A stretch of 64,000 nt of DNA from OCS116 cluster bacterium AG-390-A19 (GTDB lineage Bacteria > Pseudomonadota > Alphaproteobacteria > MED-G09): the NCBI GenBank assembly GCA_003278145.1, contig QCGV01000003.1, forward strand, positions 28,385 through 92,384, in the 5' to 3' direction. This document shows positions 42,223 to 52,287 of this stretch, piece by piece. Under the pieces are notes generated by a model. It made no database searches. It was not told where the DNA came from and saw only the letters and a list, made by a program, of their open reading frames with translations. Every line of letters begins with the position of its first letter. Position 1 is the stretch's first letter. Both the position numbers and the translations under genes were made by a program.

Positions 42223-43301
42223 TTTTTTAGACCTCTCGAAAGAGTAGGTAAATCAAGAAACGAGAATCCATAGTGACTCAACCATCTAATATCACCGTTG
42301 AAGAATGTTCTTAAATCAGGAATTCCATATTTTAATTGAGCTAATCTATCAACGCCTAGACCAAAAGCAAAGCCTTGATATTTACTGGGATCAATATTTG
42401 AGGATCTTAAAACCTCAGGGTGAACCATTCCCGCTCCTGCAACCTCAAGCCAATCGGAGCCTTCACCTATTTTAAGAACTGAACCAGATCTATCACATAA
42501 TACATCAACCTCTAATGATGGTTCAGTAAAAGGAAAGTAACTTGGTCTTAATTGAATTTCTATATTATCTAATTCAAAAAATGATTTAAAGAATGTTTCT
42601 AAAGTCCATTTTAAGTGGCCAAGATGAGTCTTTTCATCAACAACTAAACCCTCTATTTGATGAAACATTGGCGTATGGGTTTGATCAGAATCACATCTAT
42701 ATGTTCTACCAGGCGAAATAAACTTAAAAGGTGGTTTACCTTTCTCCATAGTTCTTACTTGAACAGGACTTGTATGAGTTCTTAGAACATATTTTTCTTT
42801 TGTATTGTCATCGTTTAAATAAAAGGTATCGTGCATTTGTCTGGCAGGATGTGACTCAGGGATATTTAGAGCGTTAAAATTATAGTGTTCAGTTTCAATA
42901 TCTGGACCTTCTGATATTTTATAACCTAAGGAACCAAATATTTCAGAAATTTCATCAAGAACCTGTGATACAGGGTGGATTTTACCATACTTTGATTGGT
43001 TGACTTGAATAGGCAGTGTGACATCAATCTTTTCTTCTAATAATTGTTTTTCTAATTCGATATTTGCTAGTTCAATTTTCTTTAAAGAAATAGCATCAGA
43101 GATATTTTTTTTTAAAATATTTAGCTTGGAGCCTTGCTCCTTTTTATCCTTAGGACTGAGTTTTGATAAATCCTTCATTAAAAGGGAAATCTTACCTTTT
43201 TTACCAAGCTCTGCAATACGGATTTTTTCAAGAGAGTCTTGATTTTCTGCAACAGAGATTTTTTTTAAAATCTCTTTCTCTAATGTTTCAGAATAAGTCA
43301 T
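42219..43301 (-). CDS. pheS: Phenylalanine--tRNA ligase alpha subunit
   Basis: It has the class II aaRS motifs HPARQMHDTFY, RTHTSPVQ and FAFGLGVDRL. The tracked GTG at 43310 is trimmed to ATG 43301, which is preceded by AGGTGA. Confidence 0.95.
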   Translation of the reverse strand: MTYSETLEKEILKKISVAENQDSLEKIRIAELGKKGKISLLMKDLSKLSPKDKKEQGSKLNILKKNISDAISLKKIELANIELEKQLLEEKIDVTLPIQVNQSKYGKIHPVSQVLDEISEIFGSLGYKISEGPDIETEHYNFNALNIPESHPARQMHDTFYLNDDNTKEKYVLRTHTSPVQVRTMEKGKPPFKFISPGRTYRCDSDQTHTPMFHQIEGLVVDEKTHLGHLKWTLETFFKSFFELDNIEIQLRPSYFPFTEPSLEVDVLCDRSGSVLKIGEGSDWLEVAGAGMVHPEVLRSSNIDPSKYQGFAFGLGVDRLAQLKYGIPDLRTFFNGDIRWLSHYGFSFLDLPTLSRGLKK

Positions 43302-43359
43302 AAGTTTCACCTAAGAACTATAAAAGCATTAAATAAATGATTTTAAAACAAATTTAGTT

Positions 43360-43716
43360 TTATTTTAATGTAGATTGAGCTTTTTCAACTAATTTCTGAA
43401 AACCTGCAGCATCTGACACAGCTAACTCTGCCAAAACTTTTCTATCAATTTCAATACCTGCCTTCGATAGTCCATTTATGAATTGTCCATATGTTGAGCC
43501 GTTAAGTCTTGCAGCAGCATTAATTCTTTGAATCCATAAGGATCTGAAACTTCTTTTTCTTGCTTTTCTATCCCTGTAAGCATACTGCCCAGCTTTTTCA
43601 ACAGCTTGGTTAGCAATTCTAAAAGTATTTTTTCTTCTTCCCCAATAGCCCTTAGCACTTTTGATAACTTTTCTATGCCTTGCATGGCTTGCTGGTCCAC
43701 CTTTTACTCTAGCCAT
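43360..43716 (-). CDS. rplT: 50S ribosomal protein L20
   Basis: It starts [17 protein letters not shown].. and is 118 aa. It sits in the infC-rpmI-rplT order. Confidence 0.95.
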   Translation of the reverse strand: MARVKGGPASHARHRKVIKSAKGYWGRRKNTFRIANQAVEKAGQYAYRDRKARKRSFRSLWIQRINAAARLNGSTYGQFINGLSKAGIEIDRKVLAELAVSDAAGFQKLVEKAQSTLK

Positions 43717-43726
43717 CTATCTCTCC

Positions 43727-43924
43727 TTAAGCGTATGGCAGGAATTTTTTTACTATCCTGCTGTCAGAATCGGAAAGAACAGTAGTTCCTCTTTTATTCC
43801 GGATTTGTTTAGGGGTTCTTTTAATCATGCCATGCCTTTTGCCAGCCTGTGCACGAGTAACTTTACCTGAAGAGGTAAGTTTAAAGCGTTTTTTAGCTCC
43901 GCTTTTTGTTTTTAATTTGGGCAT
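43727..43924 (-). CDS. rpmI: 50S ribosomal protein L35
   Basis: It starts [15 protein letters not shown].. and is 65 aa. Confidence 0.95.
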   Translation of the reverse strand: MPKLKTKSGAKKRFKLTSSGKVTRAQAGKRHGMIKRTPKQIRNKRGTTVLSDSDSRIVKKFLPYA

Positions 43925-44050
43925 TTTGCATTCTCCTGTATTTATATAATTAAAGGAATAAGCTTTTTAGATAAACACGGCATGCCCTGCCGGATCATCC
44001 AGTGAAGATTATTTATATCACTTTTATAAATAATTCAACCTAAGAAGTAA

Positions 44051-44587
44051 TTATCTTGGTGCCAAGACCATAATCATTTGTCTTCCTTCAAATTTAGGAT
44101 TTAGCTCTACTTTAGCTATAGGATCAATTTCTTCTTTAACTTTTTGTAAAAGGTCAGCTCCTCTGTCTTGATGTGCCATTTCTCGCCCTCGAAATCTAAG
44201 TGTAATTTTAACCTTATCGCCTTCATTTAAAAATTTTTGTACACTTCTCATTTTTACTTGGTAGTCATGAACGTCAATATTAGGACGAAGTTTAATTTCT
44301 TTAATATCAATTGTTTTTTGTTTTTTCTTTGCTTGGTTAGCTTTTTTTTGGCTTTCATATTTATATTTGCCATAATCCATTACCTTACAAACAGGTGGAT
44401 TTGTTTTAGGAGAGATTTCAACTAGATCTAATCCTTGTTCTTTTGATATTTCTATTGCTTGAGGTGTAGGTATGTTGCCTTTTTTTTCACCAGATGAATC
44501 TATTAGCAGAACTTCCTCTGCTGTGATTTGATCATTGACGCGTGGTCCTTTTGAGGATGGTGGCGTCGAGTTATATTGTCTACTTAT
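44051..44587 (-). CDS. infC: Translation initiation factor IF-3 (non-canonical ATA start)
   Basis: The tracked ORF (44051..44380, starting MDYGKYKYE) covers only the C-terminal part. The frame is open upstream to a TAA at 44602-44600. That stretch encodes the IF-3 N-domain (..[60 protein letters not shown]). It contains no ATG, GTG or TTG. An ATA at 44587 lies 8 nt after AAGGAG. Rare AUU/AUA starts are a known infC autoregulatory feature. Confidence 0.85.
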   Translation of the reverse strand: MSRQYNSTPPSSKGPRVNDQITAEEVLLIDSSGEKKGNIPTPQAIEISKEQGLDLVEISPKTNPPVCKVMDYGKYKYESQKKANQAKKKQKTIDIKEIKLRPNIDVHDYQVKMRSVQKFLNEGDKVKITLRFRGREMAHQDRGADLLQKVKEEIDPIAKVELNPKFEGRQMIMVLAPR

Positions 44588-44651
44588 GGAAACGTCTCCT
44601 TATTTAATAATTAATCTAAGATTGCCTTCTAAAAATATCATGTCAAGAAAT

Positions 44652-45827
44652 TCATTTAGAAATTAACAATCTTTTATAAACTTCTAATGTCTTTTTGCAC
44701 ATATTTTCAAGTGAAAAATTATTTTTAACATTTGAAATAGCTCTTTCATGCATTTTAGTTAAGTCTTTTTTATCCATTATAATAGATTGCTTAATTGCTA
44801 TTGATAAAGCTTGTGGATCGTTAGGTTTAACTTTAAAGCCCGTAAAATTATCACCATTTTTAATTGTATCCTTAACAGCGCCATGATCAGAGGCTATAAT
44901 AGTTTTTCCGGCAGCTTGGGCTTCTATTGGAATTCTCCCAAAGGGTTCAGGCTCTATTGATGGTGATAAAACTATATCCGAAGCATGATAAGCAAGTGGC
45001 ATATTTTCTATTCTTTCAACTAGTTTAATATTTTCTTGCAACTTAAATTTAGTAATTATGGAATTTAATTTTTTAATATAATTTTCTGCGCCTGCTTTTT
45101 CTCCTGCAAATAAAAAAATAACCTGATCAAAAAATTTCTCTTTTTTTAATAGATTTATTGCCTCTATTGTTACCAAATGTCCTTTCCACCTAGTTAGCCT
45201 AGCAGGAAATAATATAATTATTTTGTTATCATCAACGGACCACATTTTTTTTATATTGCTAATTTCTGTATTAGAAAATTTTGATCTTTCGAATGACTCA
45301 ACATTAACCCCCCTAGAAATAATATCTATTTTATTTAAATCGATATTATAAATTTTAGAAATTCTTTCAGCAGTGTAAGCGGAATTAGCTATAACGGCAT
45401 CGCCTTTTAACATTATTGAGTTGTATATTTTTTTTATAAAAGAAGAATTACTTACATGACCATGCCAAGTTGTTAATACTGGTATACCGATTTTCTTTGC
45501 AGCAAAAATTGCAGACCACGCCGGCGCCCTTGATCTAACATGAACCAAGTTAATTTTTTTCTCTCTAAAGATTTTTATGAATAGAAAAAAATTTTTTAAT
45601 ATCGAGTAAGGATTTTTTTTATCAATTTTTAATTTTATTACTTCTATATTTTCCTTCTCAAGTTCACCTATAAGTTTCCCTCCTGATGTTAAGACAAGTG
45701 AGGAAAATTCTGTATCTTTAAGAAAACTAGTTATTTCTAAAACAGTTCTTTCTGCCCCACCTATTTCCATATTTGGAATTATTTGTAGAATTCTTTTATT
45801 TTTATAATTAAGATTTGATTCTGACAT
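44652..45827 (-). CDS. Glycosyltransferase, GT4 (GT-B fold) family
   Basis: It has the C-terminal EX7E region, EPEPFGRIPIEAQAAGKTIIASDHGA. The protein is 391 aa. Confidence 0.7.
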   Translation of the reverse strand: MSESNLNYKNKRILQIIPNMEIGGAERTVLEITSFLKDTEFSSLVLTSGGKLIGELEKENIEVIKLKIDKKNPYSILKNFFLFIKIFREKKINLVHVRSRAPAWSAIFAAKKIGIPVLTTWHGHVSNSSFIKKIYNSIMLKGDAVIANSAYTAERISKIYNIDLNKIDIISRGVNVESFERSKFSNTEISNIKKMWSVDDNKIIILFPARLTRWKGHLVTIEAINLLKKEKFFDQVIFLFAGEKAGAENYIKKLNSIITKFKLQENIKLVERIENMPLAYHASDIVLSPSIEPEPFGRIPIEAQAAGKTIIASDHGAVKDTIKNGDNFTGFKVKPNDPQALSIAIKQSIIMDKKDLTKMHERAISNVKNNFSLENMCKKTLEVYKRLLISK

Positions 45828-45840
45828 ATATTGTAAACCT

Positions 45841-46599
45841 ATGAAAAAAATACATGATACATTAAAAACCGTAAATGATAATTCTTTAGCTTATATTTAT
45901 AATTATAGTCCTAAAAATAAATATAATCTTATATGGTTTGGTGGTTTAAATTCTGATATGTACGGGACTAAAGCGGAAGCTATTTCCGAATATGCAGATT
46001 TAAATAATTATAATTTTTGTCGGTTTGATTACTCAGGGCACGGACTTTCATCTGGTAGTTTTGAGGATTTTAATATTTCAGATTGGTTAAACGATAGTAT
46101 TAATATTTTAGATAATATTTGTAATGGACAACAAATCTTTATTGGCTCATCTATGGGCGGTTGGATTTCATTATTATTAGCTCTTAGAAGAAAAAAAAGG
46201 ATTAGTGGCTTAGTTTTAATTGCGCCAGCAGTTGATATGACGGAAATACTCATGTGGAACAATTTTAGTGATAATGAAAAAAATATGATCAGTAAAAAGG
46301 GGTATTTAGAGATTTTTTCTGATGAGTATCCTCCATATAAAATCACTAAAAATCTTATAGATGATGGAAGAAAATATTTATTAATGAACCAAGAAATTTC
46401 TTTAGATTGTCCTGTAAATATTATCCACGGTATAAAAGATGAGGCCGTTCCATGGGACTTATCTATAGAGCTGTCTAAAAAAATCTCATCTAATTCCATA
46501 ACTCAATCATTTATAAAAGATGGAGATCACGGACTTTCCCGTCCTACGGACCTTGAATATATATTTTTCTCAATAGAGCAGATTATCAAGAAAATATAA
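45841..46599 (+). CDS. Alpha/beta-fold hydrolase
   Basis: It has the nucleophile elbow GSSMGG, a later D (IKDEAVP) and a His in DGDHGL. The protein is 252 aa. Confidence 0.65.
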   Translation: MKKIHDTLKTVNDNSLAYIYNYSPKNKYNLIWFGGLNSDMYGTKAEAISEYADLNNYNFCRFDYSGHGLSSGSFEDFNISDWLNDSINILDNICNGQQIFIGSSMGGWISLLLALRRKKRISGLVLIAPAVDMTEILMWNNFSDNEKNMISKKGYLEIFSDEYPPYKITKNLIDDGRKYLLMNQEISLDCPVNIIHGIKDEAVPWDLSIELSKKISSNSITQSFIKDGDHGLSRPTDLEYIFFSIEQIIKKI

Positions 46600-46604
46600 T
46601 TATT

Positions 46605-47720
46605 TTAGTTTATCCATTCTTTTATTACATCTTTATTTTTTTCTTTTGATAATGAAATTTCTCTAATTTTTTTTAGCTCCTCTCCATCAATAATTTGATT
46701 TAGGGCCCAAATAGCTGCTCCTCTAACAATGGGCGACTCATCAAATATATTTTTGTTTATTTGATCTTTTGCATCTTTTAATTTTGCATTTCCTATAGCT
46801 ATTAAAACATTTCTTAAAAATCTATCTCTACCTATTCGCTTAATAGGGGATTTTGAAAACATTTTTCTAAAACTATAATCATCAAGAAGTGATAATTTCT
46901 TTAAATCATATAATTCGTTTTTATTTCTTTGTTTAAATTTTATTTCTTTCGATTCTTTTGCAAATTTATTCCATGGACAAACAGACAAACAATCATCACA
47001 GCCATAAATTCTATTCCCAATTTTCGATCTAAGATGAATAGGAATAATACCTTTATGCTCTATTGTAAGATACGAAATGCATTTTCTAGCATCCAACTTA
47101 TAAGGCTCTACAAAAGCATTGGTAGGGCAAACTTCAATACAATTATTACAATTTCCACAATGATCATTTTCTTCAGTATCAATTTCTAAATCTAGGTTAG
47201 TGAATATTGAAGCTAGAAATAACCATGATCCATAATCTCTTGATACTAAATTTGTGTGTTTGCCTTGCCAACCTAAACCAGCTTTCTGTGCAAGTGGTTT
47301 TTCCATTATTGGGGCTGTGTCAATGAAAACTTTGATTTCTGAATTAGTTTGACTCACAATCCATCTTCCAAATTTTTTCAAATTTTTTTTAATTACATCG
47401 TGATAATCATCTCCTCTTGCGTAAACAGATATATTACCCACATCTTTTAATTTTAAGTTATGCATTGGGTCATGATCAGGAGCATAATTTACCCCAAGAA
47501 CAATTATGCTCTTTACATCCGGCCATATTTTTTTAGGAAATAATCGTCTTTCTAAATTTTTCTCTAGCCAATCCATATCACCGTGAAAATTATTATTTAG
47601 AAAATCTTTTATATAACGATGATCTTTCTTATGAATTTCTGGTTCGGTAATTTTGATTATATCAAATCCAAATTCTTCTGATTTTTTTTGTATTTTCTCT
47701 TTAGAAATCAAGGAGTGCAT
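46605..47720 (-). CDS. queG: Epoxyqueuosine reductase
   Basis: It has two 4Fe-4S motifs (CGNCNNCIEVCPTNAF; YGCDDCLSVCPWNKF), CISYLTIEH and a C-terminal HEAT-like repeat. The tracked start is trimmed to ATG 47720 (MHSLIS..). Confidence 0.8.
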   Translation of the reverse strand: MHSLISKEKIQKKSEEFGFDIIKITEPEIHKKDHRYIKDFLNNNFHGDMDWLEKNLERRLFPKKIWPDVKSIIVLGVNYAPDHDPMHNLKLKDVGNISVYARGDDYHDVIKKNLKKFGRWIVSQTNSEIKVFIDTAPIMEKPLAQKAGLGWQGKHTNLVSRDYGSWLFLASIFTNLDLEIDTEENDHCGNCNNCIEVCPTNAFVEPYKLDARKCISYLTIEHKGIIPIHLRSKIGNRIYGCDDCLSVCPWNKFAKESKEIKFKQRNKNELYDLKKLSLLDDYSFRKMFSKSPIKRIGRDRFLRNVLIAIGNAKLKDAKDQINKNIFDESPIVRGAAIWALNQIIDGEELKKIREISLSKEKNKDVIKEWIN

Positions 47721-48372
47721 AATTTCCCCTTGGCGGAATTCCAATAATTTTATCTGTAAGTATTGATCTAAAGCTCGGTCTACTTTTTATTCTTGAGTAC
47801 CAGTGTTTTATTTCAGGAAATTTTTCCCAAGGCATATCACCTAAATAATCTATACAGGAAATATGTGCAGCAGCAGTTAAATCTGCTAGTTCAATTTTAT
47901 TATTAACTAACCAAAATCTCCTTTCCAGAAGATACTCAATATATTTTAAGTGATTGTTTAGGTTATTTTTAGCTAATCGAATATTATCTGTGTTTGGTAA
48001 TCCTCCGCCTTTTTCCAGTGACCTAAATCTTTTTTCTACTCTCTCATTTATAATAATCTTACTTACCTCTTTGTGGAATTTATTGTCAAACCAATCAATC
48101 AATCTTCTATTTTCAGCTCTATTCGAAAGTTCTTTTGGAAGAGTATCCTCAAATTTATTTTCTATATATTCTGAGATTGCATAATGGCCGCAAAATTTAT
48201 TTCCCTCGCATAACATTACAGGAACTTCTCCCGATGGATTTAATTTTATAAATTCCTTTCTATTTTCCCAAAATCTCTCAATAATTAAATCAGCACCAAT
48301 CTTTTGCTCTCCTAAAAAGAGTCTAATTTTTCTACTAAAAGGACATAAGGGATAATGGTATAAAGTTGTCAT
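47701..48372 (-). CDS. Glutathione S-transferase family protein (Cys-type CPFS active site)
   Basis: It has an N-terminal thioredoxin fold (LYHYPLCPFSRKIRLFL, GEVPVM) and a helical C-domain. The protein is 223 aa. Confidence 0.65.
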   Translation of the reverse strand: MTTLYHYPLCPFSRKIRLFLGEQKIGADLIIERFWENRKEFIKLNPSGEVPVMLCEGNKFCGHYAISEYIENKFEDTLPKELSNRAENRRLIDWFDNKFHKEVSKIIINERVEKRFRSLEKGGGLPNTDNIRLAKNNLNNHLKYIEYLLERRFWLVNNKIELADLTAAAHISCIDYLGDMPWEKFPEIKHWYSRIKSRPSFRSILTDKIIGIPPRGNYALLDF

Positions 48373-48376
48373 TTTC

Positions 48377-49666
48377 TTAAAGAAATATAAATTTTGCTAA
48401 AAATATTAATGTTAAAAACCAGGCGCTTGAAGATATCTCCTTATGCTTATTTGATGCCAACTTAATTATTGTATAGGTAATAAATCCAAGAGCAATACCA
48501 TTAGCAATAGAGAAAGTAAGTGGAATCATAATTATTATGATTAATGAAGGTATTATTTCAGAAGAATCTGACCAATTTAACCTCTCAACATCGCTTAGCA
48601 TAAGAATTGCTACATATATGAGCACTCCAGCTGTAGCATATGGTGGAACCATCTCTGACAGGGGCGATAAAAATATAGAGACTAAAAAGGCACTTCCTGT
48701 AAAGACAGCTGTTAATCCAGTTCTGCCTCCAATTTCAATTCCAGCCGAACTTTCAACATAACTTGTTACGGGTGCGCAACCAAAAAATGATCCAAAAACA
48801 CTAGAAGTGCTATCAGCTTTTATTGCTTTATCAAGATTTTGTATCTCACCAGAATTTTTTACTAATCTAGCCCTATTTGCCATACCTAGTAAAGTTCCAG
48901 TGGTATCAAAGAAATTAACAAATAAGAATGAAATAATAACACTTATCATTGCGACATCAAACGCACCTATTACGTCCAATTTCATAAAAACAGGAAGCGG
49001 ATCAGGGGGAAATGATACAATACCAGTAAATTCTTCTAATCCGGTAACTACCGCAATAGAGGTTATTGTAAAAATACCAATTATTATTGATCCAGAAATT
49101 TTCCTAATAGATAAAATAGATATTATGAGAAATCCTAAGATTGATAATAAGACGCTAAATTGATTTAAATCACCTAAGGATAATAAAGTTGACTCATTCC
49201 CAGAAATTATTCCTCCATTTTTAAGGCCTATTAAACCAATAAATAAACCTACGCCAGAACCCATGGCAATTCTTAAGTTTAAAGGAATACCCTCAAGCAT
49301 CCATTTTCTTAGAGGTGTTATGCTCATTATTACAAACAAAATTCCTGACCAAAAAACTGCCCCAAGAGCAATTTCCCAAGAATAGCCCATTCCTCCTACA
49401 ACGGTATAAGTAAAGAAGGCATTTAATCCCATTCCAGGAGCAAGACCTACTGGCCAATTTGCATAAATCCCCATAAAAAAACATGCTAAAGAGGCGGCAA
49501 TGCAAGTACCAACAAAACTTGCACCATAATCCATACCACTTTGTGCCATCATTTGTGGATTTACGAAAATTATATAAGACATTGTTATAAATGTTGTTAT
49601 TCCAGCTAAGAACTCTTTCTTTATTGACGTATTATTAGCTTTTAAATTGAAAATTTTTTCTAACAT
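48377..49666 (-). CDS. NCS2/AzgA-family purine (adenine/guanine/hypoxanthine) permease
   Basis: The protein is 429 aa and polytopic. Its N-terminus, ..TSIKKEFLAGITTFITMSYIIFVNPQM.., and ..SYVESSAGIEIGGRTGLTAV.. are typical of AzgA/PurP-like permeases. Confidence 0.75.
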   Translation of the reverse strand: MLEKIFNLKANNTSIKKEFLAGITTFITMSYIIFVNPQMMAQSGMDYGASFVGTCIAASLACFFMGIYANWPVGLAPGMGLNAFFTYTVVGGMGYSWEIALGAVFWSGILFVIMSITPLRKWMLEGIPLNLRIAMGSGVGLFIGLIGLKNGGIISGNESTLLSLGDLNQFSVLLSILGFLIISILSIRKISGSIIIGIFTITSIAVVTGLEEFTGIVSFPPDPLPVFMKLDVIGAFDVAMISVIISFLFVNFFDTTGTLLGMANRARLVKNSGEIQNLDKAIKADSTSSVFGSFFGCAPVTSYVESSAGIEIGGRTGLTAVFTGSAFLVSIFLSPLSEMVPPYATAGVLIYVAILMLSDVERLNWSDSSEIIPSLIIIIMIPLTFSIANGIALGFITYTIIKLASNKHKEISSSAWFLTLIFLAKFIFL

Positions 49667-49887
49667 TATTAAATATTAAGTCTTAGTTTTTATAATTGTA
49701 ACTTTTTTATTATAATCATATTCAAATATTACAATTAATAAAATGTTTAACTTCAAATTGTGTAAAATAAAAATATTAATTTATTAAAAAGTAAAGAATC
49801 ATTTTAAATTATTATTGTTTATTTAGACAACAGGCATAGTTCTTGCTTAGTTATACCTAATATATTTTATAAATTTCGGGGTTGGTT

Positions 49888-52287
49888 ATGATTTTACTTA
49901 AAACTTTTAAAATTAGTATTTTTTATACTTTATTCATTCTTTTAAATTCTCAAATTTTGCTTGCTGACGAAGCTGTAAATACAGATGCTAATTCAGATGG
50001 ATCTAGTTCATCAATTACGTCTAATCAAATAAATTCTCTTGTGATAGATGAGATAATTGTTACAGCTGAAAAGAGATCAGAGAGCTTACAAGATGTTTCT
50101 AAGGCGGTTACGGCTCTTGGAGCAGATGAATTAGAGACAAAAAACATTGTTGATTTTGTAGGTTTAAGCGCAATTGCACCCGGTGTAACTGTTGCTAAGA
50201 ATGAAGGCTATAAAACCATTATATCAATCAGAGGTGTAGGAGATGAAACAAATCAAAACGCTATTGCGGCTCCCTCTGTTGCCCTTCATATGGATGGTAT
50301 CTTTATAGCCTCAAAATTTTCTCTAAGAACTGATTTTATAGATCTTGAAAGAATAGAGGTTTTGAGGGGTCCTCAGGGAACTCTTTTTGGTCAAAATTCA
50401 ACTGGTGGTACTGTAAATGTTATAAGTAAACTTCCTAGTTTTGATGGTTTCCAGGCCAAGGCTGATATAACTTTAGGAAACTATGGTTTAACAAAAGTTA
50501 GAGGCTCTTTTAATACCCCAATATCAGATAAAATTGCCACCAGAAACTCTTTTGTTATTACAGATAGAGACGGTTTTACAGATAATATTATAAACGGACA
50601 AGATTTGGACGACGCAAATAATGTAAGTTTTAGATCTGATTGGTTATTTGATATCACTGATAATTCAACTTTAAGACTTTTCTTTCAATATTTTGATGCT
50701 GATAATAATGGAGCTGCAATGAAGGGCTTGGATGATAAAACTCCTAATCCAAGAAAATTAGCTCAGGATTCAATGTCAGATTATCAGTTAACATCAGAAG
50801 TTTTTGGTTTGATTTATGAGGCTGATTTAGGTTCAGCAACTTTGAAAATTTTAGCTAGTTCACAAGAGGATGACATTTATGTAATGCGTGATAATGACAG
50901 GCATAATTTCGGAGATGTTCATAGTCAAGGTCCTCTGGCAGGGCTACCATATATTGCTGCAGAGTATAGACCTGAAACTTCTTTAGTAGAAACAAAGACT
51001 TTTGAAGTGAATTTAATTTCAAACGAACCTCTTTTTGGTGTTATTGACTGGATACTTGGGGCTTTTTACTTTGATCATGAAATTGAGAACCATATTTATG
51101 AAGTCAAAGATGTAAATAATGTAAAATTAGTAGATCAGATGGATGGAAAGTTTACTCCATATACTCATGATCCTATTTGTTCAACAAATCCTTTTGCAGG
51201 AATATGTTTTGCAGCATTTGGTGCTGAGCTAGGTTTTGTTTCCGATGCTTTTCCTACTAGAGAGTCTCAATCAATTTATGGTCAAGCAACATTTAATATT
51301 AGTGATGATACAAGATTAGTTTCTGGATTTAGATATACTGAGGATACATTTTCAAGTGATGTTACAAACTTTTTTGGTTTACAGTCTTATTTGATTGAAG
51401 ATGATTTGGAGAAAACTACCGGTAGAGTTGCAATTGAGTATGATATTGACGATGATACAATGACGTATTTATCTTTTACAAAAGGTTTTAAACCGGGGGG
51501 GAGTAATTTAACCTTTGGTTATCCTGTTGATAATGAACAAAATTTTGGGGCAAATCCAGCTCCTCAATTGGTCTTTCCTTTGTTTGAAAGTGAGACAATT
51601 GATGCCTATGAAATTGGTTTAAAAACAGATTTATTTGAAAGTAGGGTAAGAGCAAATATTTCTGCTTTTTTCTATAAATATGAAAATCTTCAGTTTCAGT
51701 CTACTGATCCAGATATTTATAGAGGTGGTGTTGCAAATATTCCTGAATCAGAGATGAGTGGATTAGAAGTTGAGTTGTTAGGAATCTTAACAAATGAACT
51801 TTCCTTTGACCTTAGATTGTCATTTTTAGAGACAGAAATTACATCTGATTATGAAGCTTTAGATAACATTAGGGCTGAACTTTATTTCTTTGGTGAAGAG
51901 CCAATTCGATACAGTTTAAGAGAGAATATCAAGGGCAATAAACTTGCAAAAAGTCCAGAATTCAATGCTAATTTTGGATTGATGTATGAGAAAATATTAT
52001 CTAATGGTAAACTTTTAACTGCAACTGCAGAATTAATACACCGTGGCGATTTTCAGCAAAGAGTGTTTAATAATCCTTTCGTAGACTATGTAGATGAATA
52101 CACTATTTATAATTTGAGTTTAAATTATGAGTTTTCAGAAAGAATAGGGATTAATTTAATGGCGCTAAATATTTCTGATGAAGATGGAGTTAATTCTAGT
52201 ATGACAGATGTTTTTGGAGTAGCAGGGACAGGTATTGAACTCATACCTCCTAGACAAATTATGGGAAGGCTAAGTTATAACTTCTGA
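49888..52287 (+). CDS. TonB-dependent outer-membrane receptor (TBDR-4, ~799 aa)
   Basis: It has a signal peptide, the TonB-box/plug start IDEIIVTAEKRSESLQDVSKAVTAL and the plug motif IERIEVLRGPQGTLFGQNSTGGTVNV. The C-terminus ends ..GRLSYNF. I prefer ATG 49888 (GGGG upstream) to the tracked TTG at 49882. Confidence 0.9.
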   Translation: MILLKTFKISIFYTLFILLNSQILLADEAVNTDANSDGSSSSITSNQINSLVIDEIIVTAEKRSESLQDVSKAVTALGADELETKNIVDFVGLSAIAPGVTVAKNEGYKTIISIRGVGDETNQNAIAAPSVALHMDGIFIASKFSLRTDFIDLERIEVLRGPQGTLFGQNSTGGTVNVISKLPSFDGFQAKADITLGNYGLTKVRGSFNTPISDKIATRNSFVITDRDGFTDNIINGQDLDDANNVSFRSDWLFDITDNSTLRLFFQYFDADNNGAAMKGLDDKTPNPRKLAQDSMSDYQLTSEVFGLIYEADLGSATLKILASSQEDDIYVMRDNDRHNFGDVHSQGPLAGLPYIAAEYRPETSLVETKTFEVNLISNEPLFGVIDWILGAFYFDHEIENHIYEVKDVNNVKLVDQMDGKFTPYTHDPICSTNPFAGICFAAFGAELGFVSDAFPTRESQSIYGQATFNISDDTRLVSGFRYTEDTFSSDVTNFFGLQSYLIEDDLEKTTGRVAIEYDIDDDTMTYLSFTKGFKPGGSNLTFGYPVDNEQNFGANPAPQLVFPLFESETIDAYEIGLKTDLFESRVRANISAFFYKYENLQFQSTDPDIYRGGVANIPESEMSGLEVELLGILTNELSFDLRLSFLETEITSDYEALDNIRAELYFFGEEPIRYSLRENIKGNKLAKSPEFNANFGLMYEKILSNGKLLTATAELIHRGDFQQRVFNNPFVDYVDEYTIYNLSLNYEFSERIGINLMALNISDEDGVNSSMTDVFGVAGTGIELIPPRQIMGRLSYNF

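Noticed and set aside
49667-49887. I looked for a purine riboswitch or other structured leader in the azgA <> TBDR-4 divergent spacer.
   Set aside because: The spacer is uniformly AT-rich with no G+C-containing helices. The conserved purine-aptamer junction sequences are not present on either strand.
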